From assembly GCF_000018305.1 (NCBI RefSeq), contig NC_009954.1, positions 1,260,001 through 1,292,000 on the forward strand: 32,000 bases of DNA, given 5' to 3'. The DNA is from Caldivirga maquilingensis IC-167 (GTDB taxonomy: Archaea; Thermoproteota; Thermoprotei; Thermoproteales; Thermocladiaceae). Positions within the stretch are counted from its first letter, which is position 1, and every line of letters begins with the position of its first letter. The notes under the pieces are model-generated. The model was not told where the DNA came from. It saw only the letters and a list, made by a program, of their open reading frames with translations, and made no database searches. Below are positions 8,692 to 17,582 of the stretch, one piece after another. The position numbers were made by a program, and so were the translations under genes.

Positions 8692-10251
8692 TTAACGCTG
8701 AGCTGGGGCAATGGGCTGTGCAGTTGCCTTCTCCCTAACCATTGATAACACTTGCTCAGGCCTATTATAGTATAACTCCACCATTCTCGCCACTTTATCG
8801 AAGTCCTTAATACCGTTATCAACCATCCACCTAACTATGGATGCCCTGGTCTTAATATCCTCAATAACATCACTTGGCCTAACACCCCTCTCCTCCGCAA
8901 TATCCCTGACTAAAACACTTCTATCTAGGTATGATTCATGCCTATCCAGTACTGGATTCCACTTGAACACTGTTATGAACTTAACATCCCCATTATCCAG
9001 TACGGGTTCACCTATCTCAATAACCCTCCTCACGACTCTTTCACGACCATCCTTAATCATCCTTATCCTCCTAATCATTACGAAGATATTCATTGAGGGT
9101 ATGTAGGCTGCGGGTATATTCATTGGCGGACTCATCAACCTATTCTTGGCTGCATCAAAGTTCTCAGCGTGCATTGTTGATATGCCACCGTGGCCTGTTG
9201 AGACTGCTTGGAAAAGCACATAGGCCTCCTCACCCCTAACCTCACCCACTATTAGGTAGTCAGGCCTCATCCTTAAGGTTGCCTTAACCAAGTCAAACAT
9301 GGTTATTTCAGAGGTCTTCTGGGGACCGAAGGAGAGCCTTGGAACTAGCCTAATCCAATTCTGGTGAGGTAACTTAACTTCGGGTACCTCCTCAACAGTT
9401 ATTATCTTCATGTTAGGCCTAATGAAGGTTGCCATTGCGTTCAGGAACGTTGTCTTACCGGCACCGGTTACTCCTATCACCATGAATGACTTATGGTAAT
9501 CCATCATCGTCCAGAAGTAGCCAGCTATATCGGGGCTAATCATACCATTAGTGACCAATTCAGTGAAGGTGAATGGGTTTGACCTAAACTTCCTTATGGT
9601 GAAAGTTGAGCCACTGGGTGAGACCTCACGCCTATAGGTTACCGCAATCCTTGAGCCGTCGGGAAGCTGGGCATCAACTATTGGTGTTGCGACTGATACA
9701 TGCCTATCAGCCATATGTATCAACTTAACGACTAAGTCATCAATAGCCTCATCACTAAGGGGGACTATGTTTGTTGGTATGCTTTCGTAATCCTTATGGT
9801 AAACGTATATCGGCTTCCCAACCCCATCAGCTGAAATATCCTCAATATTCTCATCCCTCATGAGGGGGTCAATTGGGCCAAAGCCCAGTAGATCACGTTC
9901 AAGGTAGTAGGCTAGGGTTGATTGAGCATTGGGGGATAGTCTAAGATACCTCCTGTACTTACGTATCAATTCCCTAACCTTATTAGCTAAAAACTGCCTA
10001 ACTGAATTAACGTCACCTATCTGTTCAGGTGGGGGTAATTCACTCATTATTATCCTTAGTAAATTACCGTAAACCCTCTTCTCACTTGTGGTTAAGGCGA
10101 CCTCATCAACGTAGTACATTATTGAACCAGTCTCAGTGTTCTCCATTATGTTAACGTAGGCGTAAGGCTCATTAACAGGGTACCTTTCAATCAACCTATA
10201 CTGACCCTTAACATCAATCATTCTCTCAAATCCTAAGCTAATGCTAGACAT
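8692..10251 (-). CDS. type II/IV secretion-family ATPase (archaeal FlaI/ArlI / VirB11-like pilus or archaellum assembly ATPase)
   Basis: 519 aa. Walker A GVTGAGKTTFLNA, Walker B/Asp box DYLIVGEVRGEEA and His box STGHGGISTMHA. The N-terminal domain (YPVNEPYAYVNI...YYVDE) resembles FlaI-family proteins. Confidence 0.88.
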   Translation of the reverse strand: MSSISLGFERMIDVKGQYRLIERYPVNEPYAYVNIMENTETGSIMYYVDEVALTTSEKRVYGNLLRIIMSELPPPEQIGDVNSVRQFLANKVRELIRKYRRYLRLSPNAQSTLAYYLERDLLGFGPIDPLMRDENIEDISADGVGKPIYVYHKDYESIPTNIVPLSDEAIDDLVVKLIHMADRHVSVATPIVDAQLPDGSRIAVTYRREVSPSGSTFTIRKFRSNPFTFTELVTNGMISPDIAGYFWTMMDYHKSFMVIGVTGAGKTTFLNAMATFIRPNMKIITVEEVPEVKLPHQNWIRLVPRLSFGPQKTSEITMFDLVKATLRMRPDYLIVGEVRGEEAYVLFQAVSTGHGGISTMHAENFDAAKNRLMSPPMNIPAAYIPSMNIFVMIRRIRMIKDGRERVVRRVIEIGEPVLDNGDVKFITVFKWNPVLDRHESYLDRSVLVRDIAEERGVRPSDVIEDIKTRASIVRWMVDNGIKDFDKVARMVELYYNRPEQVLSMVREKATAQPIAPAQR

Positions 10252-10260
10252 ACTGCACCT

Positions 10261-10281
10261 AATACTCCATATAGGAGTATT
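10261..10281. promoter_or_regulatory. perfect 8-bp inverted repeat AATACTCC-ATATA-GGAGTATT between the TATA region and the start codon of the ATPase gene
   Basis: Read directly from the sequence. It is centred 20 nt upstream of the ATG at 10251, with an A/T-rich box (AAAATATTAA on the minus strand) immediately upstream. Confidence 0.35.
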
Positions 10282-10474
10282 AATATTTTACTACTATTAC
10301 CCTAGAATCCACAGCTGGGTAAACCCCAGTGCTTAAGAGCATTTAGCGTTTATTCAATGCCTTTAAAGGGTGATTCAAGTCTGTTTCTAAGGCAGGCTAA
10401 TCACTTAGCGTTGGTTCGGAGTTATTAGGGAATAATTTTATTAACTAAGCTTAAGCCAAGCCCATGAATTTGAA

Positions 10475-12025
10475 ATGCCCGGGGAAGGCGTTAGAGTTAG
10501 GTTACTTGCGGTATTATCGTCCGTAGTATCACTGCTAGCTAACCTAGTCTTCTCACTGCTTGTTACTAGGAAACTTGCAACATTCTCCCTGGGTGTGCTT
10601 AATGTTGTTAATGGTGCTATTATAATGGGTCTCATAATTCAGACCATAGTATCATTCATGGCCACCAGGGTCACTGCTAGGGATGGTAAACCAAGCGTAT
10701 ACATGATGACGCTATACTTATTGTCAGGTATACTGGGTTCAATAATAGCCTTACTCTATGTTACTGGAGTCTCCTGGAGGTTTAGGCAAATATACGTTGA
10801 GGTAGCTTACTTAACAATGGCGTCAACCTTCGCCAGTTATCTGCAGGGTTACGTAACCAGTGTGCTAACTGTTGTTGATAGGGTTAGGCTTCAGGGGGTG
10901 AGTTTAGTTACTTCAATAATTAAACTACTCTTAATAATCTACATAATGTACAGTGGATGGAGCCTATTCTCCGTCCTAGTATCATCAATAGTAATAACCC
11001 TATCGGCAGCAGTCTACGGTTTAACGACAGTGTTAACGAGACTTAGTAGGATCGGGTCACTGGGTAGGTACTTTAGGGAAACTGTTGCTGCATCATGGGT
11101 ACCTTTGATTGGTTACGGTGCAGGGAATTTGAGGAGCATGGACTCAATGATAATAGGGTACGTGGGCGGCATCTTGGATAATGCAATGTGGCAGGTACTT
11201 AATGTTCAAGGTAAGGCACTTGGATTAGCAGGAAGCATAATTAACGTCACATACGGTGAATTACTGAGTGGTAAGGATCTTGAGAGGAGGTTCTACATTG
11301 ACCTACTCATACTACTCAACATAACCATTATGGTTGCCCTCTTCCTAGTATTCTATGAACCATACATTGTCTACTTCCTTAGGCCCCAGGACTACTCATT
11401 CATACAATACCTCAGGATACCAGTTATACTGCTTACGGTTTCAAGCATAACCTCAATAATTAATCAATACTACTCCTGGATAATGCAGGGGATAGATAGG
11501 GTGGACTTCAATGGTGAAGTAACGTTTAAAACATATGTAGGTAGCTTAGTCTTCCATGCGCACTTCGCTGAATTCATACTAACGGTAGTCTACATAGCCT
11601 CAATATACCCATTAATACTCCTGGCGGAGGTGGTTAAGTTACCATCACCAGTGATAAGTGGTGTATTGTTGGCGTCAATATTAGCAACACTAATTAGCCT
11701 AATGTATAGGTTTATTCACCTTGAGTCTAGGCGTAGGCTTAAGGTACCGGTTAAGTCAATAATCCTAGACATAATTGCACCAGCGTTATTAGCGGCATTA
11801 GTAACCTACTTGGAGTCAACATTAATGCTTACTAAATACCCACCCATTAAGGGGGCTATTGGTGAATTAATTAGGATCGCAATTGGCGCTATTTTAACGA
11901 CTGCAACATACCTAGCAGTATCACTGACTGTGTCTGGGAGGATTAGAAGCCTTTTCACAGTGTTGCTTAAGTATATTGTTAAATCCAGCTTAAACACTGT
12001 GAATCACCTAAGCCCTGGTGGATAA
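10475..12025 (+). CDS. polytopic membrane protein, probable oligo/polysaccharide flippase (MOP/Wzx-like)
   Basis: 516 aa with many hydrophobic spans. The N-terminal pattern LAVLSSVVSLLANLVFSLLVTRKL...LGVLNVV resembles polysaccharide-biosynthesis flippases. The assignment is by resemblance only. Confidence 0.55.
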   Translation: MPGEGVRVRLLAVLSSVVSLLANLVFSLLVTRKLATFSLGVLNVVNGAIIMGLIIQTIVSFMATRVTARDGKPSVYMMTLYLLSGILGSIIALLYVTGVSWRFRQIYVEVAYLTMASTFASYLQGYVTSVLTVVDRVRLQGVSLVTSIIKLLLIIYIMYSGWSLFSVLVSSIVITLSAAVYGLTTVLTRLSRIGSLGRYFRETVAASWVPLIGYGAGNLRSMDSMIIGYVGGILDNAMWQVLNVQGKALGLAGSIINVTYGELLSGKDLERRFYIDLLILLNITIMVALFLVFYEPYIVYFLRPQDYSFIQYLRIPVILLTVSSITSIINQYYSWIMQGIDRVDFNGEVTFKTYVGSLVFHAHFAEFILTVVYIASIYPLILLAEVVKLPSPVISGVLLASILATLISLMYRFIHLESRRRLKVPVKSIILDIIAPALLAALVTYLESTLMLTKYPPIKGAIGELIRIAIGAILTTATYLAVSLTVSGRIRSLFTVLLKYIVKSSLNTVNHLSPGG

Positions 12026-12056
12026 GGCTTACATTTGGGTTTCGTGTTTTTGGAGG

Positions 12057-12085
12057 AAAGCTTTTTAAGGAGCTTAAAAAGCTTT
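12057..12085. promoter_or_regulatory. 29-bp palindromic TATA-type element in the tbp promoter
   Basis: AAAGCTTTTTAAG-GAG-CTTAAAAAGCTTT has perfect 13-bp arms. It ends 12 nt upstream of the tbp ATG. Confidence 0.45.
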
Positions 12086-12097
12086 TAAAGGATTAGG

Positions 12098-12682
12098 ATG
12101 CCGAAGGAACCTGTATACAGGATTGAGAACATAGTGGCCACAGTGAACCTGGGTGTTGACCTAGATCTAGAGAGGCTTGCGGAAGTCCTACCTGCGGCAG
12201 AGTATAACCCGGATCAATTCCCCGGCTTAATACTTAGGTTCCAGAGGCCTAAGATATCGGCCTTAATATTCAGGACGGGTAAAATGGTTTGCACAGGGGC
12301 TAAGAGTGAGGATGAGTTGAAGAGGGCTGTTAAGTACCTTGTTAAGACCCTCAACCAGCGTGGTGCACAGATTCAGAATGATTCAGATATTCAGGTTCAG
12401 AACATTGTTGCCTCAGGTAATTTACACGCTGAGGTTAATATTGAGAAGGCTGCGTTACTACTTGAGAACTCAATGTATGAGCCTGAGCAGTTCCCAGGAT
12501 TAATATATAGGATGAGTGACCCTAAGGTAGTCATATTAGTGTTCAGTTCAGGTAAGATAGTTTGCACGGGAGCTAAGAAGGAGGCTGATGTAGCTGTGGC
12601 TGTACGTAAGCTTTACGATAAGTTAAAGGAGATTAACGCCCTCTATGTTATTGAGGAGGAATCAGCATATGAGGAAACGTAA
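12098..12682 (+). CDS. tbp: TATA-box binding protein
   Basis: Two TBP repeats (IENIVATVNLG...FPGLILRF...LIFRTGKMVCTGAKS and IQNIVASGNL...FPGLIYRM...LVFSSGKIVCTGAKK) and an acidic C-terminal tail. Confidence 0.95.
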   Translation: MPKEPVYRIENIVATVNLGVDLDLERLAEVLPAAEYNPDQFPGLILRFQRPKISALIFRTGKMVCTGAKSEDELKRAVKYLVKTLNQRGAQIQNDSDIQVQNIVASGNLHAEVNIEKAALLLENSMYEPEQFPGLIYRMSDPKVVILVFSSGKIVCTGAKKEADVAVAVRKLYDKLKEINALYVIEEESAYEET

Positions 12683-13333
12683 ATGATGTGCATTAAAGGA
12701 AACACCTACGTAGCATTAAATTGGAGGGATGCCTTCAGTAGGGTACCTGGCCATAACGTATTATATACGGTTAATGATACTGAGACTGATGAAGCCTACC
12801 CAGTGGTTAAGGGGAAGAGCATACTCCTCACTATTACCGGGTACTTGGATTCAAGCAAGTGGTTTCGCATTAATAAGTTGGTAAAGGGATCTGAGTGGGT
12901 GTTGATTAGACTGAGTAATCAATCACCAGTGATCCTTAAGGCCCTTAGCGTTTCCCTGAGCCATAGTAATGTGTCGTATATTGTGCAGCCCAACACCTAC
13001 GTGGTGGTTCACGAGTACATTGATGGTGAATTCTACGTGGAGCCCATTAGGGATGAGGCGTCACCAATACTTCACATGCTCCTTAGGAATTCCAGGGTAA
13101 TTAACCTATACATTCCTACTCACGGTAGTGTTGATGAACACTTAATCTACAGTATACCTATGGATAATGTCAGGAACGTGGTCTTCGACGATGTTGATAC
13201 TGCCATTAGATTCATCGAGATTAATAGAGTACTATGCAGTGGCGGTAAGGTGAATTGCGAGTGCTCAAGTCCAATTGACTGCGCCTTAAACTGCAGGAGT
13301 ATTGATGTTTCAGTGGATGCGTCAATAAGTTAA
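12683..13333 (+). CDS. hypothetical protein (216 aa) with Cys-rich C-terminus, start codon abutting the tbp stop
   Basis: TAA-ATG junction with no spacer. Codon usage resembles neighbouring genes. C-terminal CSGGKVNCECSSPIDCALNC cluster. No domain recognised. Confidence 0.55.
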   Translation: MMCIKGNTYVALNWRDAFSRVPGHNVLYTVNDTETDEAYPVVKGKSILLTITGYLDSSKWFRINKLVKGSEWVLIRLSNQSPVILKALSVSLSHSNVSYIVQPNTYVVVHEYIDGEFYVEPIRDEASPILHMLLRNSRVINLYIPTHGSVDEHLIYSIPMDNVRNVVFDDVDTAIRFIEINRVLCSGGKVNCECSSPIDCALNCRSIDVSVDASIS

Positions 13334-13388
13334 GTTACCTTAATGTGGTTTAATTAGGCTTAAGTATCGTTAAGTAAGCTTTATTAGC

Positions 13389-14663
13389 GTGCCCTCCGGG
13401 ACTGAGCTAGTGTTAGCTGCATCTAATAAATTAGCGAAAAAACTGAGGGGTGCCGGGGGGTTAATTAGGAGTATTCTGGGTCCAGGTTGGTTAGTGATGC
13501 TTGCTGATGTTGATGCACCAAGCCTATTAACCGCAATGCAAAGTGGCTACTACTTAAGCTACCTAATGATACCATGGTTAATACTACTAACCATACCGCT
13601 CTACTTCATTCAGGAATTAACCATTAGGTTAGCCTTAGGTAGTGGTAGGGGTATTGGGGAGATTATTAAGGATAAGTACGGTAAGGGGGTTGCCTTATCC
13701 TCGCTTCTACTCATGATGCTTATTGATGGTGCAGCATACTTAGGTGAATACGCCTCAGTGGCTGCTGTTGGCTTAGCCCTAGGCATACCCGTCGTAGCAT
13801 CAATACTACTCATATTAACCCTACACACAATCATAATACTCTTCAATGGATCATATAGGAGAATTGAGAATATACTCCTACTACTATCAACACTGATTCT
13901 AGTTTATCTAGCCGCATTCATAGTCATAGGCCTTAACCCCACAACCCTATACGAATCCACTGGGCTTATGCTTAACCCGATCTCATACACTGACACTAGT
14001 TACGTCAGCCTATTAGCAGCCAACATAGGGGCGGCAGTAATGCCTTGGATGCTGTACTACCAGTCATCCGCCATAGTGGATAAGGGTCTTAAACCCAGTC
14101 ACTACACTCATGAGAGATTTGAGACCGCTGTGGGTGCTGTGGTCAGTGAATCACTGATGGTTGCAGGTGTCTTAATTGGTTATGGGCTTAGGGTTAAGGG
14201 TGGTTCCGTTGATGGTTTCCTAAGCGCCTTGAAGTCAATAAGGGTGGTAATGGGTAATTACTGGTTCTACACAGCGTCAATTGGGTTGATTGCGGCAGCA
14301 ACCTTAGCAGTATTCGTGATAAGCATGGGCTTCGCCTACGGGTTAGGTGAGTACCTGGGTAGACCCAGTGGTTTTAGGCATAGGCTTAGGGACGCCAAGG
14401 TCTTCTACTTATTCTACCTCATTGAGGTTATTCCAGCTGCACTACTGGTTCTATTGTCAAGTAACTTAGCTAGCACGATAATTGACATAATGATTTTTAA
14501 TTCAATAGCACTCTCAGTACCATTAATACTACTAATAAGGTTAACCTCAGACCGTGGGCTAGTGGGCTCTTACGCAATAGGTAGGTTTAGGGCACTGGCA
14601 TTATACGTAATCACAGTAATAATACTAGTGCTTGGTATTTACGCGGCTGTGTTAACCTTTTAA
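13389..14663 (+). CDS. Nramp-related divalent metal transporter (divergent)
   Basis: GPGWLVMLADVDAPS aligns with the Nramp TM1 GPGFL...DPGN motif, and ANIGAAVMPWMLYYQSS aligns with the TM6 ...MPH... motif. About 11 hydrophobic spans. GTG start. Confidence 0.8.
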   Translation: MPSGTELVLAASNKLAKKLRGAGGLIRSILGPGWLVMLADVDAPSLLTAMQSGYYLSYLMIPWLILLTIPLYFIQELTIRLALGSGRGIGEIIKDKYGKGVALSSLLLMMLIDGAAYLGEYASVAAVGLALGIPVVASILLILTLHTIIILFNGSYRRIENILLLLSTLILVYLAAFIVIGLNPTTLYESTGLMLNPISYTDTSYVSLLAANIGAAVMPWMLYYQSSAIVDKGLKPSHYTHERFETAVGAVVSESLMVAGVLIGYGLRVKGGSVDGFLSALKSIRVVMGNYWFYTASIGLIAAATLAVFVISMGFAYGLGEYLGRPSGFRHRLRDAKVFYLFYLIEVIPAALLVLLSSNLASTIIDIMIFNSIALSVPLILLIRLTSDRGLVGSYAIGRFRALALYVITVIILVLGIYAAVLTF

Positions 14664-15433
14664 CAGCATTGGGGGTTAATGGACTTAGCCCTACTCACCA
14701 ATTGCCTAATAGCCTCCTTAACCCTACCCCTAACCTCCTCCTCACTACTGCCTGAGGCTGATACCTCAACCTCCACCACGGGTTTATCAATCTCAATACC
14801 CTTAGGGTGACTCTTCACGTAGACTAAACCTGCGTTAAGCCTCATGACTTCATTAACCACTGGTGCCAGGGCACTCTCCATAATACCCCTCACCACCACT
14901 GACTCCTCGTAATAATACCTACCTGGAACCCTTAATTGCGGGAGAGCCTCATCAAGGATAGCCTCCATTTCAGCGGGTACACCTGGTAAGGTAAGGATCC
15001 TCTTCCCAGCGTACTCAATGTAGACACCTGGGGCTGTACCCACTGGGTTAGGCAGTGGCTTAGCTCCCTTAGGCATGTAAGCCATCTTAATCCTCTCCTT
15101 AGTTAACTCAACCCCAAGCCTATCATACTTACTCTTAACCATACTGAAGGCCTCCTGGTTTAACTCAAGCTCCAGGTTAAGGGCCTTAGCTAAGGCCTCA
15201 ACTGTCTTATCATCGAAGGTTGGTCCAAGGCCCCCTGTTGACACTATTAAATCAGCCCTACTTAAACCATCCCTGAAGGCCCACACTATTTCATCAATTT
15301 CATCCGGTACAACAACCATTCTAATAACATCATAACCCGCGTAGGTGAGTACTCTACCAATGTGGGCTGCATTAGTGTTTATTGTCCTACCCTTAAGTAT
15401 CTCATTACCTATGGTTATTACGTAAGCCCTCAT
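14660..15433 (-). CDS. CinA-like molybdopterin-binding (MoCF-BD) domain protein
   Basis: MRAYVITIGNEILKGRTINTNAAHIG...STGGLGPTFDDKT is the CinA N-terminal domain signature. Its stop overlaps the Nramp stop in a shared TTAA. Confidence 0.85.
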   Translation of the reverse strand: MRAYVITIGNEILKGRTINTNAAHIGRVLTYAGYDVIRMVVVPDEIDEIVWAFRDGLSRADLIVSTGGLGPTFDDKTVEALAKALNLELELNQEAFSMVKSKYDRLGVELTKERIKMAYMPKGAKPLPNPVGTAPGVYIEYAGKRILTLPGVPAEMEAILDEALPQLRVPGRYYYEESVVVRGIMESALAPVVNEVMRLNAGLVYVKSHPKGIEIDKPVVEVEVSASGSSEEEVRGRVKEAIRQLVSRAKSINPQCC

Positions 15434-15564
15434 AGATTCTGAAGGCTAAGAGGCTGGTATTAAAGATTCCTCATGCAATAATTAAGTAACCTTAATTGAG
15501 GTAGTCCACGAACGCGAAACCCTTATTAACTACAGGTGGAGTAAGCCTTGATTCTCATGGAATA

Positions 15565-16482
15565 GTGATTAAGGCTGAGGGATTAGGTAAGACATATGAT
15601 GGTGTTAAGTGGGCCTTAAGGAACATTGACTTAAGCGTTAATCGAGGGAAGGTAGTCACCTTACTAGGCCCTAATGGTGCCGGTAAGACGACTCTAGTTA
15701 GGATACTTACCACTGAGCTTGAACCCACTACAGGTAAGTTAACCATACTTGGGGAGGATGCCTTAAGGAACCCTGAGAGGGTTAGGCCTAGGATAGCCTC
15801 AATACCCCAGGAGGCTAAGCCAATATACTTCGTGACACCGTATGAATTAGTCTTCTCCTACCTAGTCTTCAGGGGTTTCTCAATAAATGATGCTAAGGTT
15901 GAGGCCAGGAGGGCCCTTGAGGAACTTGACCTATGGAATGTTAGGAACAAGATAATGAATAACCTATCCGGCGGCTATAAGCGAAGGGCCTTAGTAGCCA
16001 TGGCTCTCGCCAGTAATGCTGAGTTGGTTTTCATGGATGAACCAACCACCGGCCTTGACGTGTTCAGTAGGAGGAGTGTTTGGGATGCATTGGCTAGGCT
16101 TAAGGGTAATTCAACAGTAATATTGACTACGCATTACATCGAGGAGGCTGAGTTCCTGAGTGATGAAGTCTTCATAATGAACAATGGGGTAGTGGTGAGT
16201 AGGGGTACTGTTAGTGAATTATTAAATAAAGTTAACGGTGAGTACGTTGTTGAGGTTTACGGTATCAGTAAGCCAATATTCGAGGGTTACAGTTACGTTA
16301 AGTTAAATAACAGGTACTTGGTATACGTCGACACGAGTGAGGATTCATCATTAATAGCCAGTGAGTGCGCTAGAATGGGTGGGAAGGCATTAATGAGGAG
16401 GAAGACCCTTGAGGACGTTGTAATTAGGTTAATTGGAGGGTGGTATGAAGATGAATCTTCAGGAGATTTGGATTCAGATTAG
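15565..16482 (+). CDS. ABC transporter ATP-binding protein (ABC-2 exporter type)
   Basis: Walker A GPNGAGKTT, signature LSGGYKRR, Walker B LVFMDEPTTGLD and an H-loop TTHY. GTG start. Confidence 0.9.
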   Translation: MIKAEGLGKTYDGVKWALRNIDLSVNRGKVVTLLGPNGAGKTTLVRILTTELEPTTGKLTILGEDALRNPERVRPRIASIPQEAKPIYFVTPYELVFSYLVFRGFSINDAKVEARRALEELDLWNVRNKIMNNLSGGYKRRALVAMALASNAELVFMDEPTTGLDVFSRRSVWDALARLKGNSTVILTTHYIEEAEFLSDEVFIMNNGVVVSRGTVSELLNKVNGEYVVEVYGISKPIFEGYSYVKLNNRYLVYVDTSEDSSLIASECARMGGKALMRRKTLEDVVIRLIGGWYEDESSGDLDSD

Positions 16483-17206
16483 GTCAGTATTAGTCTTCGC
16501 CTGGTTCTACGGATGGTTAGCTGTTGTTAGGGAGCCGTTCTGGTTAGTCTCCTCCCTACTGAGTCCATTATCCATTGTAATAATAATGACGATATTCGGT
16601 GGGGTACATTACATGAGCTTTGGACTACTGGGTGGATTAGCCATGGCTGTTAGCTCAAGTGGCGGATTCACAATAATAGGTGACGCCACTTACCTGAGGC
16701 TTGAGTTAAAGTACCAGTCAATGCTAATAAACACTAGGCTTAACCCAATATCCTACACCCTTGGTTTAGCCCTATCTGAATTAACCTACGCCCTACCAGG
16801 CCTAGCGGTATTCATTATACTGATGCAATTAATCATGCATATACCCGCATCCCTATACCTCCTAGTAATCCCAATACTGGCCCTTGAGTGGGTTGCGGCA
16901 AGCATGCTTGGCTTCACCTTATCCACGTTAATGAATGATGTTAGGTACGGTTGGTCCCTATCAGGCATATTAGGCTTCCTACTGGGTACACTACCCCCAG
17001 TCTTCTACCCAGCCTACCTACTACCCACACCATACATCGCCCTAGTATCCCCAGTCAGCATAGTATCCACGGTGCTTCAGTACATTATACTAAGGGTTAA
17101 TTACCCACAGATGCTAATTAGGTTAAGCGTAATCCTACTGTTAGCCGAGACCGTGGTTTTCACAATACTTGCATTACGTAAATCCAGGTGGAGGAGCGTT
17201 TACTGA
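16445..17206 (+). CDS. ABC-2 type transporter permease
   Basis: Six or so hydrophobic spans. It overlaps the 3' end of the ATPase gene. The ATG at 16445 is preceded by GGAGGGTGG (Shine-Dalgarno-like); the ORF-track start at 16433 is a TTG. Confidence 0.75.
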   Translation: MKMNLQEIWIQIRSVLVFAWFYGWLAVVREPFWLVSSLLSPLSIVIIMTIFGGVHYMSFGLLGGLAMAVSSSGGFTIIGDATYLRLELKYQSMLINTRLNPISYTLGLALSELTYALPGLAVFIILMQLIMHIPASLYLLVIPILALEWVAASMLGFTLSTLMNDVRYGWSLSGILGFLLGTLPPVFYPAYLLPTPYIALVSPVSIVSTVLQYIILRVNYPQMLIRLSVILLLAETVVFTILALRKSRWRSVY

Positions 17207-17210
17207 AGGT

Positions 17211-17582
17211 TTAACGCAGTATCTTAGTGTAGAGGGCTATTAGGACTAGGTTTATTGAGATGTTTATGAAGAAGAGCATGTAGAACATCATTATGAACGT
17301 TAAACTAAAGGCAACCATACTTAGGTACACTAGGTAAATGTTAATGAATAAATCCACAATTAACGTTAATAGCATAATCCTCTGAGCAAGCATGGGTTCA
17401 ATATTAACTATAACGTAGATTAACTTAACAAGTGCAAATATTACGGCCATTATGAACATTAGTATCGGTATTATCACATATGGGAGGGCTAACGCATTAA
17501 TACCATACAGGTACATTACCGCAACCACCATAGCTGTCTCAATCACCCTAACCACAGCCAATAATACATTGGGCTTAAGCAT
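17211..17582 (-). CDS. small hydrophobic membrane protein (123 aa), hypothetical
   Basis: Four predicted hydrophobic spans and very I/L/V/M/Y-rich. No motif recognised. It could be a chance ORF in AT-rich DNA. Confidence 0.4.
   Translation of the reverse strand: MLKPNVLLAVVRVIETAMVVAVMYLYGINALALPYVIIPILMFIMAVIFALVKLIYVIVNIEPMLAQRIMLLTLIVDLFINIYLVYLSMVAFSLTFIMMFYMLFFINISINLVLIALYTKILR

Noticed and set aside
14660-14663. Convergent Nramp and CinA-like genes overlap by 4 nt at a TTAA containing both stop codons
   Set aside because: This is a trivial consequence of tight gene packing (TAA read on both strands). It is not evidence of regulation.
16141-16175. CTGAGTGATGAAG string identical to the D'/C' junction of the sRNA
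   Set aside because: It lies inside the ABC ATPase coding sequence (encoding FLSDEV). It has no flanking box C or box D at the correct spacing, so the match is coincidental.
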